Of a stretch of DNA of 64,000 nt, positions 10,204-21,717 are shown one piece after another. Positions within the stretch are counted from its first letter, which is position 1, and the number at the start of each line of letters is the position of its first letter. The DNA is from an uncultured delta proteobacterium (GTDB taxonomy: Bacteria; Desulfobacterota; RBG-13-43-22). The position numbers and the translations under genes were made by a program. Under the pieces are notes generated by a model. That model saw only the letters and a program-made list of their open reading frames with translations, was not told the origin of the DNA and made no database searches. The DNA lies in NCBI GenBank assembly GCA_963711835.1, contig CAVQFQ010000016.1:64001-128000 (forward strand). The letters are read 5' to 3'.

Positions 10204-10288
10204 CTCTGGATCTTTTCCTCCCACTGGGCACAGGAGCCGGGATGGGGGCGGGTGCGACCAAAGATTGTACTAAGAGGTTTTTCTTCAT
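10190..10288 (-). CDS. Unannotated 32-aa Pro-rich peptide ending in EGC
   Basis: MKKNLLVQSLVAPAPIPAPVPSGRKRSRDEGC*. Strong AAGGAGG RBS; first ORF after the sigma54 promoter; overlaps the TusA start. Confidence 0.6.
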   Translation of the reverse strand: MKKNLLVQSLVAPAPIPAPVPSGRKRSRDEGC

Positions 10289-10356
10289 AACTTCAATTTC
10301 CCTCCTTTCTTCCGGTAGCTGAAAGAATTAGAGACCAAATTCTTTTTCTTAATAAA

Positions 10357-10372
10357 AGCAACTTCCATACCA
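10357..10372 (-). promoter_or_regulatory. Sigma54 (-24/-12) promoter of the peptide-TusA-rhodanese operon
   Basis: Minus strand TGGTATG-GAAG-TTGCT matches TGGCACG-N4-TTGCW; a divergent enhancer-binding protein gene is adjacent. Confidence 0.8.
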
Positions 10373-10520
10373 AATTTATTATTGATCTTTAAAACAAATT
10401 AACTTATTAAAATCTATTATATTATCCTTTCAGATACTTCTGTTAACTCTGTTCGGGATGTTGCTTATTGACGTTAACATAATTAACATGTATTAACCTA
10501 TTTAGTTAAACATGAATTAA

Positions 10521-10776
10521 CCTCGAAGTTGCATAAAAATTGATCGATAAAGAGTTTTTTATCAATCAAAACAATTTGTTCTGACGATTTTGGCATTGGG
10601 GCCAAAATTCACCCGGGGTGAGGTGCGGCATTTAAAAAATTATCGATCAATTTTTACCCTTCGGGAAAGTCTGGGAGGCCGCATCTCCTTTGTTGTCCAG
10701 GACTCGCAGTATGCGTATACAGCGTCGCCCTGGACGTCTCGGATCTGCAACCTCCGAGACTTTTACAACATCGAGG
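10521..10776. mobile_element. MITE (256 bp) upstream of the sigma54 activator
   Basis: Terminal IRs CCTCGAAGTTGCATAAA / TTTTACAACATCGAGG, TAA on both sides, internal IRs (taaaaattgatcgataa / ttatcgatcaattttta; aaagtctgggaggccgca / tgcaacctccgagacttt). Confidence 0.6.
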
Positions 10777-10802
10777 TAAACTGGCGGGGAAAGGATTAGC
10801 CT

Positions 10803-12175
10803 ATGAAACCGGAAGATTGTTCCCTTTACTGGGAGTCGGTAGTCGACAATATGGTGGACGGCTTACTTATTGTGGATACTGAAGGAACTATCATATTTAT
10901 CAATCCTGCGGCCGAGATCATCACCGGTTATAAAAAAGAGGAAGTGGTCGGCCTGCCCTGCACGGTCTTCGAGAGCGATACCTGCATGCTTTCCACCCCC
11001 AACGGAACCGTCAAGCGCTGCAATCTCTTCGAGCAGGGCATTGTCACCCGCAAACGCTGTATGGTCAAACGGAAGGATGGTTCCGCCGTCTATCTGCTCA
11101 AAAACGCCACGGTGCTTCGCAATGTCCAGGGCGAGGTGATCGGCGGGGTTGAAACCCTGACCGACATCACCCAACTGCTCAAGAAGGATCAGGAGATTGA
11201 ATTTCTCAAAAAGGAATTGACCCAGGAACACGGCTTTCACGGCCTGATCGGGAACAGCTCCTCCATGCAGCAGGTCTTTGATTTAATCAAAAACGCCGCC
11301 GAATCCGAAGCTCCGGTGGTCATCCTGGGGGAAAGCGGCACCGGCAAAGAACTGGTCGCCGCGGCCATTCATAAGCTTAGCCAGCGTCACAAGGGTCCCT
11401 TTATCAAGGTCAACTGCGCTTCACTGAATGAATCCCTTCTGGAAAGTGAACTTTTCGGGCATGTAAAGGGGGCCTTTACCGGGGCCGAGCGGAACCGGAT
11501 CGGGCGTTTTGAAGCCGCCAATCGGGGCAGTATTTTTCTGGATGAGATCGGGGACATCCCCCCTTCGGTTCAGGTCAAACTGCTGCGGGTGGTCCAGGAA
11601 AAAGAAATCGAACGGGTCGGAAGCCACGAGCCTATAGGGGTTGATGTGCGATTGATTTCAGCCACCAATAAAGATTTGAGAGGGTTGATGGACATGGGAC
11701 ATTTTCGGGAGGATCTCTACTACCGCCTGAATGTCATCCCCATTGCCATCCCGCCTTTGAGGGAAAGAAAGGAAGATATCCCCTGGCTTACCGAGACCAT
11801 GATTCGAAAAATCGCCTTGCGCAGCCAGCGACCTATTCAGGGGCCTTCATCCGGAGGCCATGGAATTGATGATGAACTACCCCTGGCCGGGCAATGTGCG
11901 GGAACTGATTAACGTCCTGGAATATGCCTTTGTGGTCTGCAAGGAGAAAGTGGATCAAACCGGAGCACCTGCCGGCCTATCTGAACCAGAAGCCGGGTCG
12001 TTTCCAGGCCCTGGAATCTCGCAACTCCAAAATCGCCGCAGAGGAGCCGGAAAAGATCCGCCTTCAAAAAGCCCTGGATCAGGCCGGAGGGAAAAAGTCC
12101 GAGGCCGCCCAGGCCCTGGGCATCAGCCGGGTGACCTTGTGGAAGAAGATGAAAAAGTTTAATCTGTCCCCATAG
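10803..12175 (+). pseudogene. PAS-AAA+-HTH sigma54-dependent activator (Fis family), interrupted by two +1 frameshifts (possibly sequencing errors)
   Basis: PAS domain, GESGTGKE, ESELFGHVKGAFTGA, FLDEIG, FREDLYYRL. WPGNVREL and the HTH (AAQALGISRVTLWKKMK) continue in other frames after about 11840 and 11948. Confidence 0.88.
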
Positions 12176-12227
12176 CTCTTATCTCTTTTATTCTGATGGT
12201 GCGCCTCAGTAATGCCTTTAGAGTGTT

Positions 12228-12279
12228 GTCATTCCGGGCTTGACCCGGAATCCAGTCTTTCTAGTTCTGGATTCCTGCC
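12228..12279. repeat. REP-like GTCATTCCG...CGGAATCC palindromic repeat
   Basis: gtcattccgggcttgacccggaatccag...ctggattcctgcc. Related copy gtcatcccggccaagggagccgggatcc near 47213. Confidence 0.55.
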
Positions 12280-12432
12280 GATCGGCTTAAAACCTCGTCT
12301 CTGGGAAAAGCGAATAGGCGGCGGTCAGTTTTAGCCGGGTGCCGCGCTTCGCGGGATCGCTCGGCTAAAAATTAATTTCCGTAGTTATCGGTGTGGGTCT
12401 GCGGCAAAAATGGTTTTCCTCCAATTCCCCAC

Positions 12433-13911
<1,479 letters not shown>

Positions 13912-14085
13912 TCAGTGCCCTTGGCGCATGGTGAACTTTCCATTCGCGATAGCGATGGCCTTTTTTGCCTGTTCATTAGCCTGCCCCGTAGGTATTAATA
14001 CGGGATCGAACAGGCAAAATGATGGTCCGTTTTTGTCCGTGTGCGTCTGTGGCTAAGACTAAAAGAAGAATTATCAGGAGGGGTT

Positions 14086-14556
14086 ATGTTTGAATTGGAT
14101 ATTCCGGGATTCGGGCCGGTTCATTTAGAACACCTGATTTCCGATTTTACCGGCACCTTGTCGGTGGATGGAAAGTTAATCCCCGGGGTCCGAGACCGTC
14201 TGAACACCCTGGCCGAAATTATGACGATTCACATCCTGACCGCCGATACCTTTGGACGGGCCCGGGAAGAACTCCAGGCAGTAGACTGTCGGATTATGAT
14301 CCTCACCGGTGCCGATCATGATCTTCAAAAGGAAGGCTATGTCAAAAGTCTGGGGTCTGAAGGGGTAATAGCCTTCGGCAATGGTAACAATGACCGCCGG
14401 ATGCTGAAAGCCGCCAAAATCGGAATAGCGGTTTCTGAAGGGGAAGGCTGTGCCGTAGATGCCATTCAGGCGGCCGATATCCATGTCCGCAGCGCCCTGG
14501 AAGGTCTGGATCTCCTCCTCCATCCAAAGCGTATGAAAGCGACCTTGCGGTTTTGA
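14086..14556 (+). CDS. HAD family hydrolase (soluble P-type ATPase-like)
   Basis: DFTGTLSVDG, LTADTFG, GNGNNDRRML. Confidence 0.88.
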   Translation: MFELDIPGFGPVHLEHLISDFTGTLSVDGKLIPGVRDRLNTLAEIMTIHILTADTFGRAREELQAVDCRIMILTGADHDLQKEGYVKSLGSEGVIAFGNGNNDRRMLKAAKIGIAVSEGEGCAVDAIQAADIHVRSALEGLDLLLHPKRMKATLRF

Positions 14557-14640
14557 ATCCCGGTCAAGCCTTTTTCTCCCCCTCCCGGGATCAAAAACCC
14601 CTTCAAACCCAAGCCCGGCTCCGGGTTAGCAAAAGCCTTG

Positions 14641-15453
14641 TTAGTGAATCAGCCGGCGGCGCATCAGGCGCAGTGCCAGGGGCAGGGTAATCAGGCAAAA
14701 ACCCAGTAAGTAAATTAGATTCCAGATCAAAGAAGGCCGGAGGATGTTCAGGGCCAGGGCCCGCGTCAGTTCCACAACATGAGTCAGGGGAAAAACCCAG
14801 GCCAGCCACTGGGCCCACACCGGGAGTTGCTCCAGGGGGAAAAAGGTGCCCGAGAAAAGGAACATGGGGGTGATAAAGAGGAAGACCGGAAGATTAAAGG
14901 ATTCGATGTTGGGCATGATGGCCGTGAAGCACATGCCGGCTGCCCCGAAGGCCAGCCCGCCCAAAAGGGAAACCGGAATGATGAACAAGGCTAAGGGAAA
15001 AGACAAAAGGGAAAAAAAGGAAAGGACGATCATCATCAAGAAGGTAGCCATAAGGGATCGGGAAGCGCCCCAAATGATTTCTCCCAGAATGACCTCTTCC
15101 AGGGTCAAAGGAGTGGCCATGAGGGCGTCAAAGGTCTTTTGGTAATACATGCGGACATAAGAAGCATAGGTGTTTTCAAAAAAGGCATTCTGCATGATGT
15201 TAATCGCCAAAATACCTGGAGCGATGAAGGCCGTATAGCTGACCGACTGACGGCTGAAGGTAATATTTCCTACCAGGTATCCCAGACCGGCCCCAAAGGC
15301 CAGGAGATAAAAAAAGGGCTCCAGAATTGGGGGCAGGAAATTAATTTTCCAGGTCTTGACATAGACATCCCAGTTGCGCTGCCAAACCCTTAAAAAATGC
15401 CAGCTGATATCGTTCAGCGTTCGACGTTCGGCGTTCGGTGAGTGTGAAATCAT
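14641..15453 (-). CDS. ABC-2 type permease (NodJ-like)
   Basis: FIAPGILA...QKTFDALMATPL...PMFLFSGTFFPL. Confidence 0.9.
   Translation of the reverse strand: MISHSPNAERRTLNDISWHFLRVWQRNWDVYVKTWKINFLPPILEPFFYLLAFGAGLGYLVGNITFSRQSVSYTAFIAPGILAINIMQNAFFENTYASYVRMYYQKTFDALMATPLTLEEVILGEIIWGASRSLMATFLMMIVLSFFSLLSFPLALFIIPVSLLGGLAFGAAGMCFTAIMPNIESFNLPVFLFITPMFLFSGTFFPLEQLPVWAQWLAWVFPLTHVVELTRALALNILRPSLIWNLIYLLGFCLITLPLALRLMRRRLIH
15411..15438. repeat. Tandem heptamer repeat (CGTTCRR x4) inside the 5' end of the permease gene
   Basis: cgttcag cgttcga cgttcgg cgttcgg. Confidence 0.7.
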
Positions 15454-15464
15454 CGTTCCTCAGC

Positions 15465-16376
15465 TTATTCGCGCAGGCCCCGGCCGGTCAGTTTTAAAAA
15501 AACGTCTTCCAGGGTAGCCATGCGCAAGGTACAGCCGCCGACGCAAAATTCCCCTGAAATCTGACGGAAGAGCGTCTCCCCTTGGCTGGTATAAATCAGC
15601 AGCCGGCGGGAGAGGAGTTCAAAGGGGATCTGCCGGGATTTCAAGAAGTCCTGGAGGGCAAACCCGGGATTATCCACCTCTATGACGTTCCCTCCGATCT
15701 GTTGCCGGATGAGATCCAGAGGTTTTCCTTCCACCAGGATGCGGCCGTGATCCATAATCACCAATCGGTCACACATCTGCTCCGCTTCATCCATGTAGTG
15801 GGTGGTAAGCACTATACAAAGGCCTTTGGCCTTAAGCTGCCCGAGCTTTTCCCAGACCTGATGGCGTGATTGGGGGTCCAGGCCGGTGGTGGGCTCATCC
15901 AGGATCAACAATTCGGGATTGTTGATCAAGGCCCGGGCCAGGACCAGGCGCCGCATCATCCCCCCTGAGAGCTCCGGGATCTTGGCCTGCCGCTTATGGC
16001 CCAAGCCCATGAACTCCAGCAACCCTTCTGCCCGGGTGCGGGTTACGGCTGCGGGCAGATCAAAATAGCGGCCATAGACCTGCAGGTTGTCCCAAACCGA
16101 CAGGTCCGGATCCAGATTGTTTTCCTGCTGGCAGACCCCAATCCGGGCTTTAATCTCCCGATGGCGGGTGGTGATGTTCTGGCCGAAAACAAGCAGGCTG
16201 CCGCTGGTTACCGGGGAGAAACCGTAGATCATACGAATGGTGCAGGTTTTACCGGCGCCGTTGGGCCCCAGAAATCCGAAACACTCCCCGGCCTGGACAT
16301 AAAAGGAGATCCGGTCCACGGCTGTGAAGTCCTTGAACTGCTTGGTCAAATTTTCAGTTTTTACGACAGGTTCCAA
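15465..16376 (-). CDS. ABC transporter ATP-binding protein (NodI-like)
   Basis: GPNGAGKT, LSGGM, ILDEPTTGLD, TTHYMDEA. Confidence 0.93.
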   Translation of the reverse strand: MEPVVKTENLTKQFKDFTAVDRISFYVQAGECFGFLGPNGAGKTCTIRMIYGFSPVTSGSLLVFGQNITTRHREIKARIGVCQQENNLDPDLSVWDNLQVYGRYFDLPAAVTRTRAEGLLEFMGLGHKRQAKIPELSGGMMRRLVLARALINNPELLILDEPTTGLDPQSRHQVWEKLGQLKAKGLCIVLTTHYMDEAEQMCDRLVIMDHGRILVEGKPLDLIRQQIGGNVIEVDNPGFALQDFLKSRQIPFELLSRRLLIYTSQGETLFRQISGEFCVGGCTLRMATLEDVFLKLTGRGLRE

Positions 16377-16395
16377 AGCCAGGCTCCGCTTTTAT

Positions 16396-17682
16396 TCAAT
16401 TCGATTGTTCTTCCTTTATAGGCACCCAGATCATGAGCAGCATAGCCGGGATGGAAGCGCAAAAGGCCATGATAAACATGTTGAGGTAACCCATCATTTC
16501 CACAATGATACCGCCGAAACCCCCGAAGACGGTGGAGACAATGGACATAATGGCTGATCCCACCGCATAATGGGAAGCCTTGTATTCAGGTTTACAGGTG
16601 CGCAGCAGATAGACGATCAGAACGGCGTTGCCGAGCCCGGCGGCAGCCTGCTCATAGGTGTGGACAGCGGCAATGGCGGCCAAGCCCCAGGGAGTTTGGG
16701 CCTGAGGCATGGACCAGGCCAGCCAGACATAAGCCCAGATATTGAAATTCATGAGGATGGTCAAGGGCCAGATGGCCTTTTTCAACCCCTTTTTCTTGAT
16801 CCAGAGCCCGCCGACAGAGGTCCCGACGATGGCCCCCAGGGCCCCCAGGATCCCGCTCAGCCAGGAAAGCTGAGCCTTGGTCACACCCAGTTCCCGCATA
16901 AGAAAAGGCGTGCCCATGGAAAAAAGTATCTCGTCGCCGATCTTGTAGGTGACGATAAAGAGAACAATCAGGATCACCCTTTCCTGCTGAAAATAGGTGA
17001 AGAAGGCCTGTCCAAAATCCCGGCTGATCTTGGCCGGAGACCAGCCACTCTCAGGGCGATCCTTCTCGAACCTGGGGAGATGCCAGATATGAAAGAGAGT
17101 CAGTAGGGTCATCGTCAAGGCGGCCCCCCCAAAGGCAAACCCCCAAGGTCGGTAGACATCGCCATCCCCGAGCCTGGCGGCTGAAAAGGCCGCCAAAGCC
17201 ACAAAGCCGCTGCGAACCAAAATAACCGCCAGACGGTAAGCAAAAACGCGGTAGCCGGTATAGGCGGCTTGTTCCTTTGGGTCCGTCAGCCCTTCCATAT
17301 AATAGCCGTCAATGGCAATGTCGTTGGTCGCTGAAAGAAAAGCCAAGACAATGAAAAGGACGGATATGACCCCCAATACCCAACCGACCTCAGCCTGATG
17401 GGCGGCGCTGAAGCAACTGAAGGAAACGCAAATGATCAGTAAAGAAATCAGGGTCTGGACGGCGATCATCCAGGTTCGCTTCGTTCCGATGAGGTCGACA
17501 AAGGGAGCCCAGAGAAACTTGAGGTTCCAGGGGATCCCCAAAAAGTTCAGGTAGCCGATATAGCGTTCCTTCAGACCGATATCGGTGAAGAAGATCGAGG
17601 AGAGCAGCCGGATGACCGCAAAGGGCAGCCCTTCGGCCAAATAGGTTGTAAAACACCAGACGCTGGTTTTTTTCAGATTCAT
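16396..17682 (-). CDS. ampG: AmpG-like MFS permease
   Basis: YLAEGLP, PWNLKFLWAPFVD, SATNDIAIDGYY. Confidence 0.8.
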   Translation of the reverse strand: MNLKKTSVWCFTTYLAEGLPFAVIRLLSSIFFTDIGLKERYIGYLNFLGIPWNLKFLWAPFVDLIGTKRTWMIAVQTLISLLIICVSFSCFSAAHQAEVGWVLGVISVLFIVLAFLSATNDIAIDGYYMEGLTDPKEQAAYTGYRVFAYRLAVILVRSGFVALAAFSAARLGDGDVYRPWGFAFGGAALTMTLLTLFHIWHLPRFEKDRPESGWSPAKISRDFGQAFFTYFQQERVILIVLFIVTYKIGDEILFSMGTPFLMRELGVTKAQLSWLSGILGALGAIVGTSVGGLWIKKKGLKKAIWPLTILMNFNIWAYVWLAWSMPQAQTPWGLAAIAAVHTYEQAAAGLGNAVLIVYLLRTCKPEYKASHYAVGSAIMSIVSTVFGGFGGIIVEMMGYLNMFIMAFCASIPAMLLMIWVPIKEEQSN

Positions 17683-17701
17683 GAATGGAGTGTATGGACA
17701 G

Positions 17702-18328
17702 TTAAAAACCCGACTTCAAGGCCCTCCTGAGCTCCGAGGAACCCTGGCTATAAAAATGATCGGCCCCGGAAATAATTTTTAAGGGGGGCGGCTGATCCAT
17801 GTCCTTCATTAATTTTTCCAACTCCGCCAAAGGGCAAAAAGGATCGGAATCGCCGGTAATAATCATGAGGATTTTGGCTGCGTTCATCAGGAAGGGGAAG
17901 TGGGCCAGGGGCGGGGAGACCAGGATCGAACCCAGCACCCCGGCCTGGGTTGAGGCTGCCTGGGCATTAACCCAGGCGCCGAAAGAATAACCGGCCAGAG
18001 TGACCTTCGTGATCCCATTTAGTTGGAGATGTCGAATGGCTGCGGCCACATCTTCCTGTTCTCCTCGGCCGTCATCAAAGTTCCCCTGGCTTTGGCCCAC
18101 CCCCCGAAAATTAAACCGCAACGTCGTCCAGCCCATTTCATCGAAGGCTTCATGCATTATTTCCACCACCGAATTATGCATATCCCCCCCATAAAGGGGA
18201 TGGGGGTGGGAAATGACGACCCCCTGGGAGGAACTGTTTTTTTTGAACAGGCCCTCCAGAAAAAGAGAGCCGCAGGGAAACATTATTTTTTCTGCTTGAC
18301 CTGCCCTCATAATCTTTCCTCTCGCCAT
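17702..18328 (-). CDS. Alpha/beta hydrolase
   Basis: HPHPLYGGDM, RFNFRGVG, GYSFG nucleophile elbow, GADHF. Confidence 0.9.
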   Translation of the reverse strand: MARGKIMRAGQAEKIMFPCGSLFLEGLFKKNSSSQGVVISHPHPLYGGDMHNSVVEIMHEAFDEMGWTTLRFNFRGVGQSQGNFDDGRGEQEDVAAAIRHLQLNGITKVTLAGYSFGAWVNAQAASTQAGVLGSILVSPPLAHFPFLMNAAKILMIITGDSDPFCPLAELEKLMKDMDQPPPLKIISGADHFYSQGSSELRRALKSGF

Positions 18329-18427
18329 CTGCTTAAAATTCCGTGTTCCTTTGACAGAAAATTTTGGTCATGGTATTAAATCTTATAACCAATTGCAATC
18401 ATATAAAAATTACTGAAGGAGGAACTT

Positions 18428-19072
18428 ATGAGTACGGTTTATGAAAAATATCATGAAAAGACGGCCAGGCAGATTATTGCCGAACTGGAGAAAAAACGAA
18501 TGGTCGGCAGTTTTGCCCCCACCATAAATCAGGCTAAAGATGAGGTTATAAAAATGATCCCGGCCGGATCAACGATCTTCCGCTGCGGCTCCACCTCCCT
18601 GGTGGAAATGGGCCTTTGGGAGGGCCTTAAGGCCATCCCTGGGTTAACAATCATCGATCCCTATCTCCCGGAATTTTCACCTGAGGAAGGTCTGGAGCAG
18701 CGGCGTAAGGGCCTCACCGCCGATATCATGATTTCGAGCGTCAACGCCATCACGCTGAACGGCACCCTGGTCAATCTGGACGGTATGGGAAATCGGATTG
18801 CGGCCATGGCCTTCGGTCCCAGGAAAGTCATTTTAGTGGTTGGGATGAATAAGGTGGTCCCGGATTTAGAAACGGCCCTGAAAAGGGTTAAGCACCAGGC
18901 CGCCCCCCTGAACAGCATCCGCTTGGGACTGCCCAATCCCTGCACCGAAACCGGTCTCTGCGCCGACTGCCGCACACCCAGCCGTATTTGCAATATGTGG
19001 TCTATCATCGAGGGCCAGGCCGTCAAGGACCGCATCCACGTCAAACTGGTCGGCGAGGCGCTGGGTTACTAA
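18428..19072 (+). CDS. LutC/YkgG (LUD domain) lactate utilization protein
   Basis: SSVNAITLNGTLVNLDGMGNR, VVGMNKVV, PCTETGLCADC...RICN. Confidence 0.88.
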   Translation: MSTVYEKYHEKTARQIIAELEKKRMVGSFAPTINQAKDEVIKMIPAGSTIFRCGSTSLVEMGLWEGLKAIPGLTIIDPYLPEFSPEEGLEQRRKGLTADIMISSVNAITLNGTLVNLDGMGNRIAAMAFGPRKVILVVGMNKVVPDLETALKRVKHQAAPLNSIRLGLPNPCTETGLCADCRTPSRICNMWSIIEGQAVKDRIHVKLVGEALGY

Positions 19073-19108
19073 AAAGGGTTATTTCAAAACAATTAGTGAC
19101 TGTCCCCA

Positions 19109-20192
19109 TTACGATTCAAAGGAGGTTAGGTAGGCGATGACTTTTTGATCGGCCCGGGGGAAGGCGAAGCCGGCCAATTCGGATGGGAAAACCCAGCGAA
19201 AGTCCTTCACCCCATTCAGCTTGATTCTTCCCGATATTTTTCGGCAGAAGAAGCAATGAAGCATTATTCGAAAATGGGAATAGGCATGTCTGACTTTTAA
19301 AAAGGGGGCTTCCCCCACTTCGATTTCAAGATCCAGTTCTTCCTTGATTTCCCTTTTCAGGCACTCTGCCAAAGATTCCCCTTTTTCTCTTTTGCCCCCC
19401 GGAAATTCCCAGAGCCCGCCCAACAACCCTTTTTCCGGTCTCTGGGTAATCAGGATTTTATTTCCTCTACGGATGACAGCCGCTGTCACATCATAGTGGG
19501 GAATCTTTTTCCTGGGGAACCTTTAGAGGCAGGACGGCCGGATTCCCTTGAGCATAGGCCCGACATTTTCGTTTGATTGGGCAATGGGGGCAGTCCGGAT
19601 CTTTAGGTCTACAAATCAAGGCCCCCAGTTCCATCAGGGCTTCATTGAAAAGCCCGGGTTGTTGGGCCGGTAACCCTGCTGACAGCAGGGCAGCAGCGAG
19701 ATTCCAAAGTTCCCTAATAGTGCCTGCCTTTCCAGTCTCCTTCCGAATATTAAAAAACCGGATCAAGACCCGCTTGACATTGCCGTCCAAAATGGGAAGG
19801 GGTTGGTTATAAACCAGACTCAAAATAGCTCCGGCCGTGGAGCGCCCAATGCCGGGCAACTGAATCAACTGCTCATAGGTTGCCGGCAGTTTCCCGTCAA
19901 ATTGTTTAACCACCAGCTTAGCGGTCTGGTGGAGATTCCTGGCCCGGCTGTAATAACCCATTCCCTCCCAGGCCTTGAGCACCTTATCAATCCGGACCTT
20001 GGCCAGGGTCCGGATTTCCGGAAACCATTCCATGAATCGCCGATAATAGGGTTCGACCTGTCCCACTTGGGTTTGCTGGAGCATGATTTCAGAGACCCAG
20101 GCGGCATAGGGGGTCCGATTTTGACGCCAGGGCAGATCACGACCGTTTTTTTTAAACCAGGATAGGAGTTGTTTTTCAGGAAATTTAGTCAT
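19109..20192 (-). pseudogene. mutY: A/G-specific adenine glycosylase MutY with NUDIX C-terminus, split by a +1 frameshift (possibly sequencing error)
   Basis: WVSEIMLQQTQV, LPGIGRSTAGAI, DGNVKRVL, Fe-S CRPKDPDCPHCPIKRKC. Removing one C near 19515 gives VPRKKIPHYDVTAAVI...GLLGGLWEFPGG. Confidence 0.92.
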
Positions 20193-20235
20193 TAAATATC
20201 AGATTAAAATTCTTCTAAGATCTCTTTAGTCTCTT

Positions 20236-20332
20236 TCCCCTCCCCGCGGCGGGAGGGGATTGAGGGGAGGGGGATATAACTTTTTCCTGTTCACCCTCAT
20301 CCCATACCCTCCCCACGTCAGGGGAGAAGGGG
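20236..20332. repeat. Inverted pair of REP-like palindromes
   Basis: tcccctccc-cgcggc-gggagggga-ttgaggggaggggg followed by tcaccctcatcccatacc-ctcccc-acgtca-ggggag. Confidence 0.6.
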
Positions 20333-20380
20333 TTGTTTATTGTATTACCAGGAATATACACCTCACTTTTCCTAATCCCA

Positions 20381-21607
20381 CTAATCCTCCAAAAGGGTCC
20401 CCGGCCGGATGGCCTCTTGGCCGAACTTATCTTGAATGGCATCCATGGCCTGATTGAGGGCCTTGCTTTTAGGGGAGTCCTTTCCATCTCGGAAGAGGAA
20501 GAGTTGTCCCGATCCGTGGGAAGAGAAGTGGGAAAGGCTGATGCCCAGAAGCCTGACGGGCCGGGAGCCGATTTCGGTTTTGTCCATCAATCCAAGACAG
20601 GTTTGGAAAATCTCACGGCCGTCGTCGGTGGCAACAGGGATCGTCAGGGACCGGGTGATCTGTTTGAAATTGCTGTAGGTCACTTTCAAGGTCACGGTTT
20701 TTCCGGCCAGACCATTTCTTCGCAATCGTCGGCCTACGCGCTGGGCCAGGTGAAGCAATTCTTTCCTGGCCCGCTCCTTATCCCGGATATCCTCGGAAAA
20801 AGTTTCTTCCCGGCCGAGGGATTTAACGTCGTGGAGGGGCTGCACCGGCCGGTCATCAAGGCCTCTGGCGAGACAATAGAGCTGAAGCCCCGTTTGGCCC
20901 AGGTGCTTTTCCAAAAGATCCCTGGTAAGGACCCGCAACTCTTTGATAGTTCGGACGTTTAACCGGTGAAAGGTCTCCTGGGTAACCTGGCCGACTCCCC
21001 AGAGCTTTTCAATGGGCAGCGGATCCAGAAATTCCCCTGTTTTTCCCAGGGGCACCACGGTCAAGCCGTCGGGTTTATTTAAGTCCGAGGCAATTTTGGC
21101 GACCAATTTGGAGGAGGCTACCCCGGCGGATATGGTAAGGCCGATTTCTTCCCTGACGGCTTTTTTTATTTCCTGGGCGATGTTTTCCGCAGGGCCGAAA
21201 AGATGAACCGATGCGGTTACATCCAGGAAGGCCTCATCGATGGACAGGGGTTCTACTACCGGGGTATAACGGCGAAAGATTTCAAAAACCTGGTCCGAGA
21301 TTTCTTTGTAACGGCCCAGGCGAACCGGCAGGAAAATCCCCTGGGGGCAGAGTCGCAAGGCCGTGACTATGGGCTGGGCGGAATGGACCCCGAACTTTCG
21401 GGCTTCATAGGAGGCGGCCGAAACCACCCCTCTTTGTCTCGGGCCTCCTACGATGACCGGCCGGCCTTTTAATTCCGGGTTGTCCAGGGTCTCGACGGAG
21501 GCGTAAAAGGCGTCCAAGTCAAGGTGGATGATCTGTCTGCCCTCAGGTTTTTCGGTCCGGCTGCTTTCCGGGAGTTCAGGAAGAGATGGGTTTGGAAGGG
21601 CGTCCAT
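20381..21607 (-). CDS. dinB: DNA polymerase IV
   Basis: IHLDLDAFYASVE, SAASYEARKFGV, SIDEAFLD, KIASDLNKPDG. Start uncertain. Confidence 0.95.
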   Translation of the reverse strand: MDALPNPSLPELPESSRTEKPEGRQIIHLDLDAFYASVETLDNPELKGRPVIVGGPRQRGVVSAASYEARKFGVHSAQPIVTALRLCPQGIFLPVRLGRYKEISDQVFEIFRRYTPVVEPLSIDEAFLDVTASVHLFGPAENIAQEIKKAVREEIGLTISAGVASSKLVAKIASDLNKPDGLTVVPLGKTGEFLDPLPIEKLWGVGQVTQETFHRLNVRTIKELRVLTRDLLEKHLGQTGLQLYCLARGLDDRPVQPLHDVKSLGREETFSEDIRDKERARKELLHLAQRVGRRLRRNGLAGKTVTLKVTYSNFKQITRSLTIPVATDDGREIFQTCLGLMDKTEIGSRPVRLLGISLSHFSSHGSGQLFLFRDGKDSPKSKALNQAMDAIQDKFGQEAIRPGTLLED

Positions 21608-21717
21608 GAGATGGTGAAATATCCTGAGCCTTCCCAACTCTCCCGGCTTCCGGGAAGAGCAGGAAGTCCGGAGACAAGGACTATCCGGGTTGATAAGGAC
21701 CGGCCGTGGCCTAAACC

